A DNA stretch of 64,000 nucleotides from the human T2T-CHM13v2.0 reference genome, Homo sapiens. The stretch's first letter is position 1. Each line of letters starts with the position of its first letter. Below the pieces are notes generated by a model that had not been told where the DNA came from, searched no databases, and saw only the letters and a list, made by a program, of their open reading frames with translations. Made by a program: the position numbers and the translations under genes. Shown here one piece after another: positions 1 to 16,087 of this stretch. The stretch lies in assembly GCF_009914755.1 (NCBI RefSeq), contig NC_060937.1. The stretch is one strand, 5' to 3'.

Positions 1-239
1 TGTTTCCTATCTAACTTGAGGGCATTTACAAAAAAAAAAAGTTTATGGCAGCAAAAGTGAAAACTGGAACAAGAATTGTGCAAAATTTTACCGAAATATT
101 GACTGTCACCTGTAGTTGTCTAACAAAAAAACCCTAAAATTGCCAAGTCTATCTAAAATTCCTAAAATAGTTATCTACATTAAAATGATGTTATTGAAAA
201 CTAAAACTAAAGTTCATAATACTTTTTAAATATTTCATT

Positions 240-850
240 ATGTTAAAAATACATAAAGTGTACCAGCTTAATCATCTGTTAGTGTACAGTACAATAGTGT
301 AACTGTATGCACATTGCTGTGCTATAGATCTCTAGAATTTTTCACATTGTGAAACTGAAGCTCTGTGTACATTGAACAACTCCTCTCTTTATCTTCAGCA
401 CTTGGCAACCACCATTTTATTTTCTGTATCTAAGAGATTGACTACTTTAGGAGGAATCATGTACCATTTTCCTTTTTGTGACTGGTTTATTTCACTTAGC
501 AAGGTTCATCCATGCTGTAGTGTATGATAGGATTTTCTTTATTTAAAAGTCAAAATATTTTATTGTACTTGCAAACCTCATTTCCTTTATCCATTCATTC
601 ATTGATAAACATTTGGGTTGTTTCTACACCTTGCCTCTTGTGAATGATGCTGTAAATGAATATGAATGTAGAAATATAGCATGGAGATCTCGTTTTCAAT
701 GATTTTTGATATATACTCAGAAGTGAGATTGATGGATCACATGGTGATTCTCTTGAAAGTTCTTGAGGGATCTCCATACTGTTTTCAATAGCAGTTGTAC
801 CATTTTACATCAGAAATGTAAAAGGGTTTTGATTTTTCCACATTTTCAAT
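240..850 (-). mobile_element. Old L1 (L1MA/L1MB-type) 3' end fragment
   Basis: Antisense L1 3' motifs such as ttatttcacttagc..ggttcatccatgctgtag, tttatccattcattcattgataaacatttgggttg and gggatctccatactgttttcaatagcagttgtacc. Confidence 0.8.
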
Positions 851-996
851 GAAATTTTCAACGAAATTAAATTGTTTAGTTACACAACTAGTAATTGGCA
901 GAGTTAGGGTTTGACCTTAGCTAACTTGCTATAGTATGTATATCTGCTACATCATTTCTTCTTAAAACTATTAAAATATTACATGCACATTAAGTT

Positions 997-1457
997 CTGT
1001 ATTAATTCAGAAACAGAAGCTGCTGTAATTGAGTAAACTTAAAATATCATTAGCTTAGCATAATAAACGTTTAACTTTCACTCACCTGAAGTCCAACTCA
1101 AAGCAGGCAGTTAGGGATTACAGATATTTTATCCAGTCACTAAGGAACACAGGCAGATTAATCCTTTTTTGGTAGCAACATGTGATTCTTAAAGTCACAT
1201 TGGATGCCTACAAACCAGCTGAAAAATGGGAAGACAAAGCATGAAGAATAGCATCAAAGGTTTTTATGCACCACACTTAGAAGTACTGTATGTACCTTCC
1301 ATCCACAACTTAATAGCTTTGACTTGGCCACAAGGTTTCATCTAGATGTTATTAAGGATGGAAAATAGAATCCCTGACTGAGCACAAATTTTCAAATACA
1401 AACTCTATCCAGTGGAAGTATAGTACAAATATATTCTGAACAATACCTTCTGCTACA
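997..1457 (-). mobile_element. Ancient MaLR solo LTR (MLT1J/K/L-like)
   Basis: Starts tgtattaattcag..gctgctgtaa and ends tctgctaca, matching recalled MLT1 termini. The interior is highly diverged. Confidence 0.5.
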
Positions 1458-3989
1458 AGTACTCTATTTGCTATAGATTCTTCTCTCATATGTAAAGAAA
1501 TACTTTCATATTTAAAAGACTTTTATATAAGACATAAAACTAACGTGGATAGTTGTTCATCTGCAATGATATTTTTCTCACAAAATTATACGTTATAATT
1601 TATTTTTAAATTCACTAGAACTTTTATGAGGGGTGGATATGGAGGCCAGCTGACACTTAATTGACATCCTTTTCACTGAGGTTTTCTTACTAAAAATCTA
1701 GATTGGGGGAACTACATAAATATACAGTTTTCCTGTAATCTTCCATCAATTTTTAATCTTTTATCTGTGTGTCATTTCTTATATACATTTTCTTTCTATG
1801 TCTACTTTTTGTGCTTCATTTGGAGTAACCTGCCTTTTGATTTTATTAATTGGTTTGTTTAGGATAAGGCATATACATAAATCTGAATTGGGCTATAGAC
1901 ATATTTATAATTGTACATATAGTTATGCAGATATTGATATGGAAATATGATCATATAGTACAATGCTATTTTTGATCAATATAATTTTTTAAAACAGCAC
2001 TTAATTTCTTCGTCTTCTGCTATTGCATTTTTGAATACAATTATGATTGTTTTTAATCTGCTAATTTCTAAGATGGTCACATGAATGTATCAAGATGATG
2101 ATAAAGGTAATAAAGTTTTTTTATGTAATTTACTGTCATTATCTTTGCTTCTAGCTAGTCAACCAGAGAACATGATAACCTGAAAAAGTCCTCATGGGAC
2201 TTGGTCACAGCTTTAATACTCCAATGTTCAACAGCAACAACCTTATAGTGCTGCTGGACACTAAACAAAAATAATGGAATATTAGGTAAATATTTATCAT
2301 AATTTTCTTCATGTTGTTATAAGTGCTTAAAATAAAAAAGTAGATTTTGAAATTCACTATTCTAAATAAGATGTTTCAGATTGGTTAGTCTAGAAACATT
2401 GTTTCTTATTGTACTCATGAAATTTTCATAATGCTTTTGATGTATTAATAATTCATAGGATATGAAACCTAAAAAAAGATAAGAGATACAAAAATATAAT
2501 ATTACTATCTTCATTTTAGTGGCCCAGAAGATAACAAACATACTTATTTTTTGTCAGTATAATCAGCTTCCCTGAATGACTAAAAGAATTATGTTTTATC
2601 TTTACAAAAGATTTTCCTATACATACTAGAATGGCGATGTTATTCATATGTACATACATACATGCATACATGAATTTGCTAAAAAACAAGTATATATTAG
2701 ATACTGTTCCTATTTTAATTTTTTTCTGGTTAACCCAACAAATATAACTCCTCACCAGCAGCCAAATAACTATTTGAATGATTTTTATGCATATATACAT
2801 AAATGTGTATAAATATATAAACATAATTTACATATAATAATTTGTATACATATTTTTTCAACCATGGTTGTATTTTTTAACATCCATTGTCAATTCAAGC
2901 CAAATATAGTAAAAAGAAAAAGCAAGAGTAAATTACCATGTTCTCTTCTTCTCTCACAGTTGTCAAGTATGGATTCCAAACTTTAAACTAGAAACTTCTC
3001 TTAGTTTTCCTAGAAGAATCTAATATTGACATATAGATGCATTCTTCAAAAAGCAAACTGAGGTCTTTCTAGTCTAATTTGTCAAAGATTAGACCTTAAT
3101 CTAATTGAACTTACATAATACATATTACCTTTAATCAAGGATAAAGACATATCTCACTCTGAAGTCAAGTCAAAAGCAGAAAAAACTTAGCAGTGTATTC
3201 TAGAATTTTTTGTAAAAGAAACACTTCCTTGAATTTCATCTCTTCTACCTTTTAAGTGTGAAAAATGTTACAAGGTAAAAATGGAACCATACAATAGAAA
3301 ATCCTCAGGGGGAGTTTTGTTGGGTTTCACATTCTAAGGCTTAAGACATACCATTTTTTAAATTTATTCTATTAACTAAGAAAATTAGTTTATAAATAAA
3401 CACACATACCTCTCTAATTTTATTTTTCTAAACATCTTTTGAAATGTAATCATTGAAGAAGAAATATTTTAACTGTCTTTTCCATTGTAAATGTATCACA
3501 ACATAAACAATAAATATATATTATGAAGGTAAATTACCTTTATCTTAGAAAAATAAATATCAGGATATATATCACTAAGAAAATGGAAGATATAGAATTA
3601 CTATTATATAAACCTATGTACTACACTTTTTTCCATAAATCTACGCAACATTCTTCTAGAAAAGATATTACATTCATTATTTTTCCAGAAAAAGAACCAA
3701 AGCTTAGAAAGCTTAAATTAATGCCCAGTATTAAAGAGCATAAGATATGAAATTAACACCTTAATTTGGTCTCTGTTGCTCCAACATATAGACTGTAATA
3801 CTAAACATTGTTTCTTTATAGCAAGCTAAGCCTTCTAAATAAAAAAGCCTATGCATTCATTTGAAGTCTTAAAATACAAATGTTATAAATATTTTAAGTT
3901 TACGTACTTAGAAGAACTTTATCAAGTTTTAATTCTAAACTTTGAGACTGAAATAAAACATTTTGTAACCCTCGTATCTACAAATAAAA

Positions 3990-4193
3990 TACCTTTCGAA
4001 GATTATATGAACAAAGAATCAAAGCATGTCAATATAAAATCTCAATGAAACACAAAAGAAGGAAGCAAGAGAAAAAAGAGAGATGAAATAACTACAACTC
4101 ATACAGAAAATGGTGAACAGGATGACAATAATAAGTCTATTCTTATCAATTACTTAATTAATGAAATAAACTCCCCAATAGAGTACCTGAATA

Positions 4194-4232
<39 letters not shown>

Positions 4233-7130
4233 TACGACCGAGCACGGTGGCTCACGCCTGTAATCCCAGCACTTTGGGAGGCTGAGGCAAGTGGATCATG
4301 AGGTCAGGAGATCGAGACCATCCTGGCTAACACGGTGAAACCCCGTCTGTACTAAAAATACAAAAAATTAGCCAGGCGTGGTGGCAGGCGCCTGTAGTCC
4401 CAACTACACGGGAGGCTGAGGTAGGAGAATGGCGTGAACCCGGAGGCGGAGCTTGCAGTGAGCCAAGATCGCACCACTGCACTCCAGCCTGGGCGACAGA
4501 GCGAGACTCCATATCAAAAAATAAAAAAGATCCAACTGTATGCTAGCTACAAAAGACTTACTTTAGATAATAGGATACATAAAGGCTGAAAGTAAAAGGA
4601 TGAAAAATGAAAATCTATGAAAATGATAAATAAAAGAGCATGGCCCAAGATGGCCATGCTTACATCAGATAAAACAGATCCTAAGTCAAAATTGTCACAA
4701 AAACACAAAAAAATAGCACTACAGAATGACAAAAGAGTCAATTCACAAGGAAGATATAACAACTATAAATACGCATGCACCCAACAAAAGAGCACTCATA
4801 CATGTCAAGCAAACATTGGCAGAATTGAAGGGTGAAATGGACAAACAAAATAATGGTAGGGGGTTTCAATATCCCGTTTTCATTGGTGGATAGAACAATC
4901 AGACAAAAGATCAATAAGGAGACAGGACAACTGAACAATGCTGTGCAGCAATTGGACCTAAGTAACAGCTACAGAACACTCAACCCGACAACAGCTGAGT
5001 ACACATTCTGCTTCAGTACAAATGGGATATTCTGTAAGACAGATCATAGGTTAGGCCATAAAACAAGTCCTAAAAATTTAAAAATATGGAAGTCATACCA
5101 ATTATATTTTCAACCAAAATGAAAAGAAACTAGAAATCAATAAGAAAACTAGAACTAAAAAAGTAAAAAGAAAATGTCTAAATTAAACAATGAAAAATGG
5201 GTCAAAATAAAAGTTCATAAAGGAAATTTAAAATTATCTTGAACAAAACATGAAAATAAAACTATTACACACCAAAACTTATGGGACTCAGTAATAGCAG
5301 TATTCAGAGGATAGTTTGCAGTTAACACCTACATTAAGAAATGAAAAATATTTCAAATCTACAATCTAACTTTATACTTGAAGGAACTAAAAAAAAAAAA
5401 AAAAAAAAACAAGAAAAAGAACAAGTTGGACCTAAAGTTAGGAGAATAAAGGAAATAATAAAAGTTAGTGCAGAAATAAATAAAATAGAGAACAGAAAAA
5501 CATTTAAAAATTCAACTAAATGAAGGGTTGTTTCTTTGAAAAGATCAATAAAATTGCAAACTCTTATCTATAATAAGAAAAAAAGAGGATGTTCAAATAA
5601 CAAAAATGAGAAATGAAAGAGGAGACATTACAGCTGATGACACATAAGTAAAAAGTATCCAAAGAGATTACTATTAACAATTATACACCAACAAATTGGA
5701 AAGTCTAGAATAAATGGATACATTTCTTGAAATACAAAGTTTATCAAAAATGTGTCATAAATAAACGAAAATATTTAAACAGACTCACAATTAGTAAGAT
5801 AATTAAATCCACAATCAAAAACTTCCCAATAATGAAAACCCAGGATCAGGTGGTTTCATTGGAGAACTCTACCAAACATGAAAATGAATTAATACTGCTT
5901 TCTCAAATTGTTTCAAGAAATTGAAGAAGTTAAAACACTTTCAAACTCATTTTTTGAGGCCAACATTACGCTAATACCAACGCCAGAAAAATAAACTACA
6001 AAAATACTGAACTGGAGATGAAAAACCTCAATGAATAGTGATGTAAAAATTCTTAACAAATATTAAGAAAATGAATTTAAAAGCATATTAAAAATTATAT
6101 AACCTGAAGAGATAAAATTTATTGTTGGAATGCAAGGATATTTCAACATATGAAAATTAATTAATGTAATACAACACGTTAGCAGAAAGAAAAACAAAAA
6201 TGCACAATCATCTCAATTGATGGAGAAAATGCAATTGACAAAATTCTACACCCTTTCATAATAAAAACACTCCATAAACTGAGAATAAAAGAAATGTAAC
6301 ACAACATAATAAAAGTAATATATGAAAAGCCCAAAGCTAACATCATACTCAACTGAAAAAATTAAATGTTTTCTGTAAGAGGATGAACAAAACAGGGATA
6401 CAGACACTTGTCATTCTTATTTAACATAGTACCGGATATCCTAGCCAGATAAACTAGGCATGAAAAAAAAAATAATAAAACTAATCAAAATAGATTCGAA
6501 AAATACAACATTATATCTGTTTGTAGATGACATATTACACATAAAAAACTCTAAAAACTCCTTTCCCAAAAGCCGTCAATATTAATTAATTTAGAAATGT
6601 TGCAAGATGCAAAATCAACATGCAAAATTCAGTTGCATTTTCATACACTAAAAATGAACTGTCCAAATGAGAAAATAAGAAATATATATTTTATTTACAA
6701 TGGAATCTAAAAGAATAAAATCTTTTGGAATAAACTTAACGAAGTAAGCCAAAAAAAAAAAAAAATTGTACACTAAAGCCGTAAAACACTACTGAAAAAA
6801 TTTAAAGAAGACAAGAAATAAATGTAAATGTACAAACAACCCAGGTTCATGAATTGGAAAGTTTAATATTGTTAAATGGCCACACTACCCAAAGCAATCT
6901 AAAAATTCAACGCAATCCCTATCAAAATCTCAATGATTTTTTATAGAAGTAGAATTAATTTAAAATTTATACGGAATCCCAAAAGATATTGAATAATCCT
7001 AACAATCTAGAGATAGAAAAACAAAGCTGGAGGCCTCAGATTTCCAGATTTCAAAACATAGTACAAAGTTACAGTAATCAAAAGAGTGTAGTACTAGCAT
7101 AAAGACAGATACATATACACCAGTGGAACT
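3990..7130 (+). mobile_element. Decayed L1M (L1MA/MB-type) ORF2 region, endonuclease through RT; interrupted by AluY
   Basis: ORF2 start region atgacaataataagtctattcttatc near 4122. ORF track peptides IMVGGFNIPFSLVDRTIRQKINKET and YRTLNPTTAEYTF are L1 endonuclease. The RT motif region ctgtttgtagatgacat (LFADD-like) is near 6517. Many stops and frameshifts. Confidence 0.93.
4236..4528 (+). mobile_element. AluY inserted in L1 ORF2
   Basis: AluY diagnostics gagatcgagaccatcctggctaacacggtg and ggcgtgaacc..gcggagcttgcagtg. Degenerate TSD aaaaaagatac / aaaaaagatcc. Confidence 0.97.
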
Positions 7131-8328
7131 AAACAATTTCATTTCCAAAGTATTCACAACCTTTCAATTATATCAACTATTATCTACCGATATCTAATTT
7201 TATATTATCAAAGTGAGCATCCTAAATGAGAGAGTCTGAATGGCTCCACACTTCCAGTCTTCTCCTTCACCTGAAAAATACACATTCATACACACACATC
7301 TACTTCTTCTGGAGGTTCATAAGTATTTCTGATTTAGAAGGGTCCTCTTTATCCCCTTGTAATCTGTGTTTACTGGAAATACGTGCATTTCAGTTGTTTG
7401 CTATCTATTCTGTGGAGAGTTAGTGTAGGAATAAAAAAATAAAAACAATATCTCTCAAAGAGTTGCCAATTTCACAGCAGGGTTGTAAAAAAATATTTAC
7501 AAGACTTCACAGAAAGTTGCACTAGCAAGGTAGGGTGTAGTTCTCTATTTATCTTCTGGGTTCCATACTTATTTTAAACTTCCTACAGCACATCTCTACC
7601 TGGATATAATTTTGTCTTTTATGTCTATCTCTTGTCCAATTCCTTTGCCTGGTGAACTTTATAATATACAGCTCTATTTTACCCTTCTTTGTGCCTCTTC
7701 TCCCACTCATGTAGATAACTCCCATTTATAACAAACATAAAATTACTCAAGCTACGCCGTTAAAGTGGTAAGAGTTGAAGATCAATTGAGTACATGTCTG
7801 TTTCTTCCACCCTTCTCCTAGCATTCAGTAATAAAGGAAAATAGTTTAATCACTGTTAAACTTCTCTAATGGAATACCTGACAGAAAACAGGTTCTCAGT
7901 AAAGTTCAAATTAATTAATCAGCTGATACATTATTTACACCCAAATTTTCCCTACAGCACGCCTGGCTTCAGATGGTTAGCGAATTAATATACCATGGGA
8001 CTGATTCTCTCACTACTTAAAATATTGCGAAAACTTAATGTGTAGGATTGTTCAGTATGGCACAAATTTTTGAATTTGATCATATACAAATTTCATTTTT
8101 TCTGTTTTCTAACTTTTGAGTTTTTAGTTAGATTTATTTAGTTCTTAGAGATAGGAAAGATGTTATATGACATCCCTTGCTCTAGGTCCAGGGTAATACT
8201 CAGATTTACTGTTCAATTAAAAAAAAATAAAAGAAAGAAAACATTCTGTGAAAAAAGAAGAATATTCATGTATTGATGATGTTAAAGATTTTGATGTTGC
8301 TAAGAGTACGATATCTCAGATGATTTTA

Positions 8329-8900
<572 letters not shown>

Positions 8901-11529
8901 ATTTAGGACCTTACCTAGAGAGCTGCTTTGTCTCAGAAAGAGGACCTTTTGTTTAAATTTAATGTCTCCCAAATAGTTCATTGAGTTCCTCATCACCAGG
9001 CTTACAGTCATTCACTTTAGCCCCAGAAAGTATACAGATATCACCACCCAGTGATAACCTGTGCAAATGACTATGTAGCTCATTCTCTCAAAAGAAAAGC
9101 AATAGCCAATGTCTCTTTTGTATTCATGTCATTATTGCATTTCCATTGCTATGACCCCAACAATAAAATTGTATTAAAAAAAAACGTATTTGAAAACAAG
9201 GAATGAAGACAAAAATTTGTCAGCAATTGACTGATCCAAGACTCAAATCCAGGTTTGCTTCATCAATGCCTATGATCTTTACTTTGTACAGTGTATCACT
9301 TCTTATAAAGAGAAAATATTTGCATCAAGTTGAAAAACAGAGTAAATTTTTTTGTATCACCCTCTGAAGCCAACTAGATTTGTGAGATCAAAAGGCTGTA
9401 CCCCTATCCAGTTTATTTTATAACTTAAAATTGACTTATTTAATGTGAATGAATTACTTGTTTTTATCCAGACTCTAAAATGGCTTTTATAGCTTAACCA
9501 TTTTAGAATATTTAACTTATAGAATACACATAGGTAGAAAAGTGTATATGAAATACATGTATGCATATATATGGCATTTAAGAACTGTATATGGTATTTA
9601 GGACCTGTTGACAGGTAACTAATGTAAGTAAATCAATTATCATTATGCCTGGCCTGTAATTAGACAGCAGTCAACTAACGCAGGCTATTATTATGGTAGT
9701 TATCACTTATTATTATTATTTGTTATCATTGCAGCCATAGGCACTATTATTTATTATATTTAGAATATTGAAAAGTTTAGAAATCAAAAAATGCCAAACA
9801 AACAAGAATGGTTTATTTATTTATCTTTTGAAACACTGCAAACAACATTATAAAGCTTTTCCATGTTTTCCATACAGAATGCAGATCATACTATATTTGA
9901 CTCCCCTCATCTTGAACAACTTAAAATAATTTAATAATGAATAAGGTTAAAAATTAATTATTAACCAAATAGTTTTATCAATTTATTATCCTGATAAATA
10001 AGATTGTTTTAAAGTTGTTTAAAATTGTTTTGGTATAATTCAGATTTCAAAGCTATTTTAAAAAGGAATAGGCATTGAAGTCAATATGAATCACCCAGAA
10101 TAAGTTTTGATTCAGGAGGCAGGAACATGAGAGATTTTTAAATTTAAAATCTGACATTAAAGGTAGTGAGCGCTTTTATTTGCAATTTCATATGGTTTCA
10201 CTGAAAAATAAAAATAAATACTACTCCATCATTTTGGCAGACACTTTAATGCCAACCATTTAGCTATCTTCCTGAAATGGAATGCTGCCTGACCTTTACT
10301 CTTTCCACCAAAAAGAAATTGTAAAACCCCAACAAAAATGTAATTTTCTGGCTTTGCAATAGGTGAGCAGAGAGAAGAAAAGACTAAGAAGAAAACCTGA
10401 AAATAAAGTAGAATGAAGTAATATGGGTTGGAGTGTGTTTATAAATATATCTGAAAGAAGATTGTTTTTGACTGATAACTTACCTTGTGGTCCCAACTCA
10501 AAGTTTCACATTTTATATAGCAGGTGGTGGTTTTTAAGAGAAAACTTGAACTGAATGCTGAAAATACTAATTTATCAAATATATCCACACAATAGGGCAA
10601 TTAGTCAACTATCCCAAGTCATTTCAGTATCGTTTCTTATTAATTAAAATATTTGGCATTGAGAAACTCTTTTCAACTTTCGAGGTCAAGTACCATGTTA
10701 ACAGATTATAATGGAGACCTAATGTATACAAACAAAGATATAAACCATAGACATATTTTAGGACATACAGGACCTATGTAGTGAAACCATAATATATTTT
10801 AGATGAGTTGTATTATTGTTAAATTTCATTCTTACTTTTTCCTCATTTTGCTTCTCCTTATTCACTATATTCCACTTTTTCATTTTAAACCACGGCACAT
10901 TAGAAAACCTTTATGTTTGAGAAAAATATATTGCCCTTAGAGTTACTACTTTATATTAGATAAAAGTTATTTAAGTGCCAATAATTAATGAGTTAATTTT
11001 TCTGTAAAAGTAGATCAGTCACTCTGGTGAAATAAGAATTAAAAACTAGGAGTAGTATTTTTATATCCAAATATACAAACGATAACATCTGACAGTTTAT
11101 ACATTGGATAAACTCAATTCCTTTTAACATATTCTGGGCTTCTTTTTGAAATCTATACTATAGTTGCAGCAACCATAAATGGACTCTCAAGAATTCTTAA
11201 ATGTCTTCTTATTTGTACATGTGACCTTGATATTGAAGCATGTTTAACTCTACCTTTTCAGGTTCTTAAAGGAAGGTTGACAATTCTTTTAGAAAACTGA
11301 AGCATTGAAGAGGAGAGAGTTAGGTAAAGAATAACAATGAGATTTTTGATATATGAGCGAATTTTTTTCAAAATACCTTAAAGTATAATTCCTAAATTCT
11401 CTGAGTTTATCTCATAATATTTCTAACAAGAAGAAACAGACAGAAATTAGCAGCTTCTTCAAGATGGAAAGCCCGAACTAAAGATCAGTTGTGCTTTGTT
11501 CAGTGTTAAAAAATGAATTTGAATTATAG

Positions 11530-13100
<1,571 letters not shown>

Positions 13101-13784
13101 ATGAACTATTGAATACTATGTTCTAAGACTTTCTGATTTTTAATTATATTTCTTTTAATTTTCTGAAAAATAATTGTTCCCAGAAGTAGTGTGGATTGAT
13201 ATTGAACCATTAATCTGAAAGGTGGAGAAAACACCTTAAGTTTCAGTCCCCACTACTAATATATATTAGAGAGAACACCTACCACTTCTCAACTTCAGTC
13301 TCCTAATCCGTAAAGAATTAAAGTATTTTTGTTGTAAATTCTGTGTATATTCTATTTATTTTATAAATATATGAATCACCTTGAACATTTACTATAAACT
13401 ATAAATAATTTTCATCATTTAACTAGTTATTCACATAGGAATAATTGAAATATGAAAATGTTGCTCCTGAAATTAACCCAGTGTGCTTCTTTCCAGTGAT
13501 AGATGATTTAAAAGTCAATGTCACTAAACTAATATTAGTCAATCAAGGTGAGATAGAGGGGCATTCAGATAATCTTCCAACCACAAAGATATCATTATTT
13601 TACAGTAGGTCTAAGGTACACGTAAATTTGATATGCTTATATAAAGTAAATCAAATATGTATGAAAGTTAGAACTGAATAACATCCTGTGCAGAAAGTAA
13701 TTATTCTATAAATATGGATGAAACATCTGAGGGTGAACTGACTAGAAATCATAATAATGACAGAATCAAATTCATAAAGACGTA

Positions 13785-14299
13785 AAGTTAATCTTTATTA
13801 TTTTCAGATTCTGTATTTGCAAATTCTCCTCCATGCTAATATTCAATTGTAGCCTCCAAGGCAAAACTGTGGTCATCAAGGACACACACAGAGTAGTGAA
13901 AATTTGAGTTGCCCTGCAGGCATGTTTCCAGTTCTGATCCAATAAGGTCACTCAGCTTGGTTTCAGCTCCCATACAGAGATGACCAAAGGATGGAGGCAA
14001 TAGGAGCTAGTGCAGTGGAGTGAAAGAAGCTCTGGCTCTAGAGCCAACTGGATGGAGTTTGAATCCAAGTTCTGGGGCCTGTGAGTGGGAGATCCTCAGG
14101 CTAGTCACTCAACACTTACACAACTTATTTGTCCCTTTGTAAAATACGGGGAATAGAACCTACAAGGATATATTGTTTTTAGGATGTAAGATTATAATCT
14201 GTGTGAGATTATATATTCCCCTCCCAGGAGCAAGAGTTGAGCATTTGCTAAATCAATAACTTTTTAAAACATAGCTACGTCAATAGTAAGTGTACAATA
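13785..14299 (+). mobile_element. TcMar-Tigger non-autonomous DNA transposon with MER82-like ends enclosing a MIR-like core
   Basis: Left end gattctgtatttgcaaattc..gtgaaaatttgagttgccc..gtttcagctcccatac and right end cccaggagcaagagttgagcatttgctaaatca resemble recalled MER82 ends. 14010-14207 resembles a MIR core. Confidence 0.65.
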
Positions 14300-15301
14300 T
14301 ATATGTATTTTTAAGCACTTGGTTCACTACTGCCACTATACTTATCGAAATGTAGATTTGTCTAATGTTTAACATGTACATATGTTCAGCAGATTGACAA
14401 CTTTAGATCCCAAATTTATTAAAAATAAAATGTTCATGTTATTTCACTTATTTTGCATAAAACAGTGTGACAAGAGTGACTATTTAGTGAGTATGATTTA
14501 TAGGTTATAAATAGATGTAAAGAGGAGTGAGAGTTACCCAGAAAGCACTAAAATAAGTAAAAATATAATAATATGAGAAAAATAGACTTCACTTGGGAGG
14601 TTGTATCAGGTGTACAAAGTGGCCTTCAAATGTTTGTGTAATTACTCCCAAACCTACAGAGTATTTGAGTGTGCACTTTTCCACTTCCCTGTAAGACAGG
14701 CTTATTTTCAGCTAAAAGACTTATGTCTATAATTTGACCACAGAAAATAAAATCACTCATTCTATTTAGCACTCCCTAGGGGACTTTTAATATTGCTTTT
14801 ACAGGTAGCAAGGTTCATCTTCTACCAAAAATATTGACAGCCATATTTATCTCAACCATCTTCATAAAAAGGTTTCCATGGATACAGAAAATTATTTTTC
14901 TAGATTTTTTTCAGTCATCCCAAAACTACTACTAGAGAACTAGAAGGCTGGGGTTAGTAAAAGGTTTAGAAAGCTTTCTTCATATTTCAGTTGTGTCCTT
15001 TATTTTTACATTCTCTTCATGGATGAGTGAGGTAAGAATTACTAATGTAGAGAGTCCTAGCAGAATTTGTTCCTTCTTGCATTGAGCTTTTAAATTGGGG
15101 TGTGGTCTTGAGAATTTAACAATATTTGTTCAGATATTGCTCCATCTTCAGATATTTACAACTCTAAAGTACATCATATGGAAAGCTTTTGAGAAAAAGA
15201 TAAAATGCTTTTCTTCAATGATTCTTTTTAAAATCCTTATCTTTATACATTTTCTTTTATTACTTTCAGTTTTATATTTTATCGCTTTGACTTGCCTTTT
15301 T

Positions 15302-16087
15302 AATTTTTTTTAGCTTTTAAGTTCAGGGGTACATATGTAGTTTTGTTACATAGGTAAGCTTGTGTCATGGGAGTTTGTTTTACTGATGATTTTGTCACCC
15401 AGGTATTTAGCCTGGTACCCATTATTTATTTTTCCTGACCCTCTTCCTTCTCCCTCTTCCACCCTCCAACAGGCCCCTGTGTGTGATGTTCCCCACTATG
15501 TGTTCATGTGTTGTCATCATTTAGCTCCCACTTATAAGTGAGAACATGTAGTATTTGAAAATAAAAAGCTCAACATCTCTGATCATTAGAGAAATGCAAA
15601 TCAAAACCATAATGAGATGCCATGTCATACTAGTCAGAATGGCTATTAGTAATAATTTAAAAAAATAGATGCTGGCAAGGCTGTGGAGAAGAAAAAATGT
15701 TTATACACTTTTAATGGGAGTGTAAATTAGTTCAACCACTGTGGAAGACAGTGTGGCAATTCCTCAAAGACCTAAAGACAGGAATACCACTTGACCCAGT
15801 TATCACATTATTGGGAATATACCCAAAGGAATTTAAAGTGTTCTTTTATAAAGACACATGCACGTGCATGTTCATTGCAGCACTATTCATAATAGCAAAG
15901 ACAAGGAATCAAACTAAATGCTTATCAATGATAGACTGGATAAAGAAAATGTAGTACATACACACCATGGAATACTATGCAGCCACAAAAAAGAATGAGA
16001 GTATATTCTTTGCAGGGACATGGCTGGTTGGAGGTCATTACGTTTAGCAAACTAACATAGGAACAATAAACCAAATATCACATGTTC
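15302..16087 (-). mobile_element. 5'-truncated, 5'-inverted L1PA13-15-type element (twin-priming structure)
   Basis: 15302-15557 is an antisense L1 3' UTR. 15558-16087 is the sense ORF2 C-terminus (ORF track WQFLKDLKTGIPLDPVITLLGIYPKE). Confidence 0.92.

Noticed and set aside
11262-11323. Possible small exon (ctaccttttcag acceptor, ag/gtaaag donor)
   Set aside because: Stops occur in all three frames and such splice-like pairs are common by chance. Unsupported without RNA data.
14991-15031. Possible 41-bp exon (catatttcag acceptor, gag/gtaaga donor)
   Set aside because: Motif-only evidence with no partner exons or coding signal.
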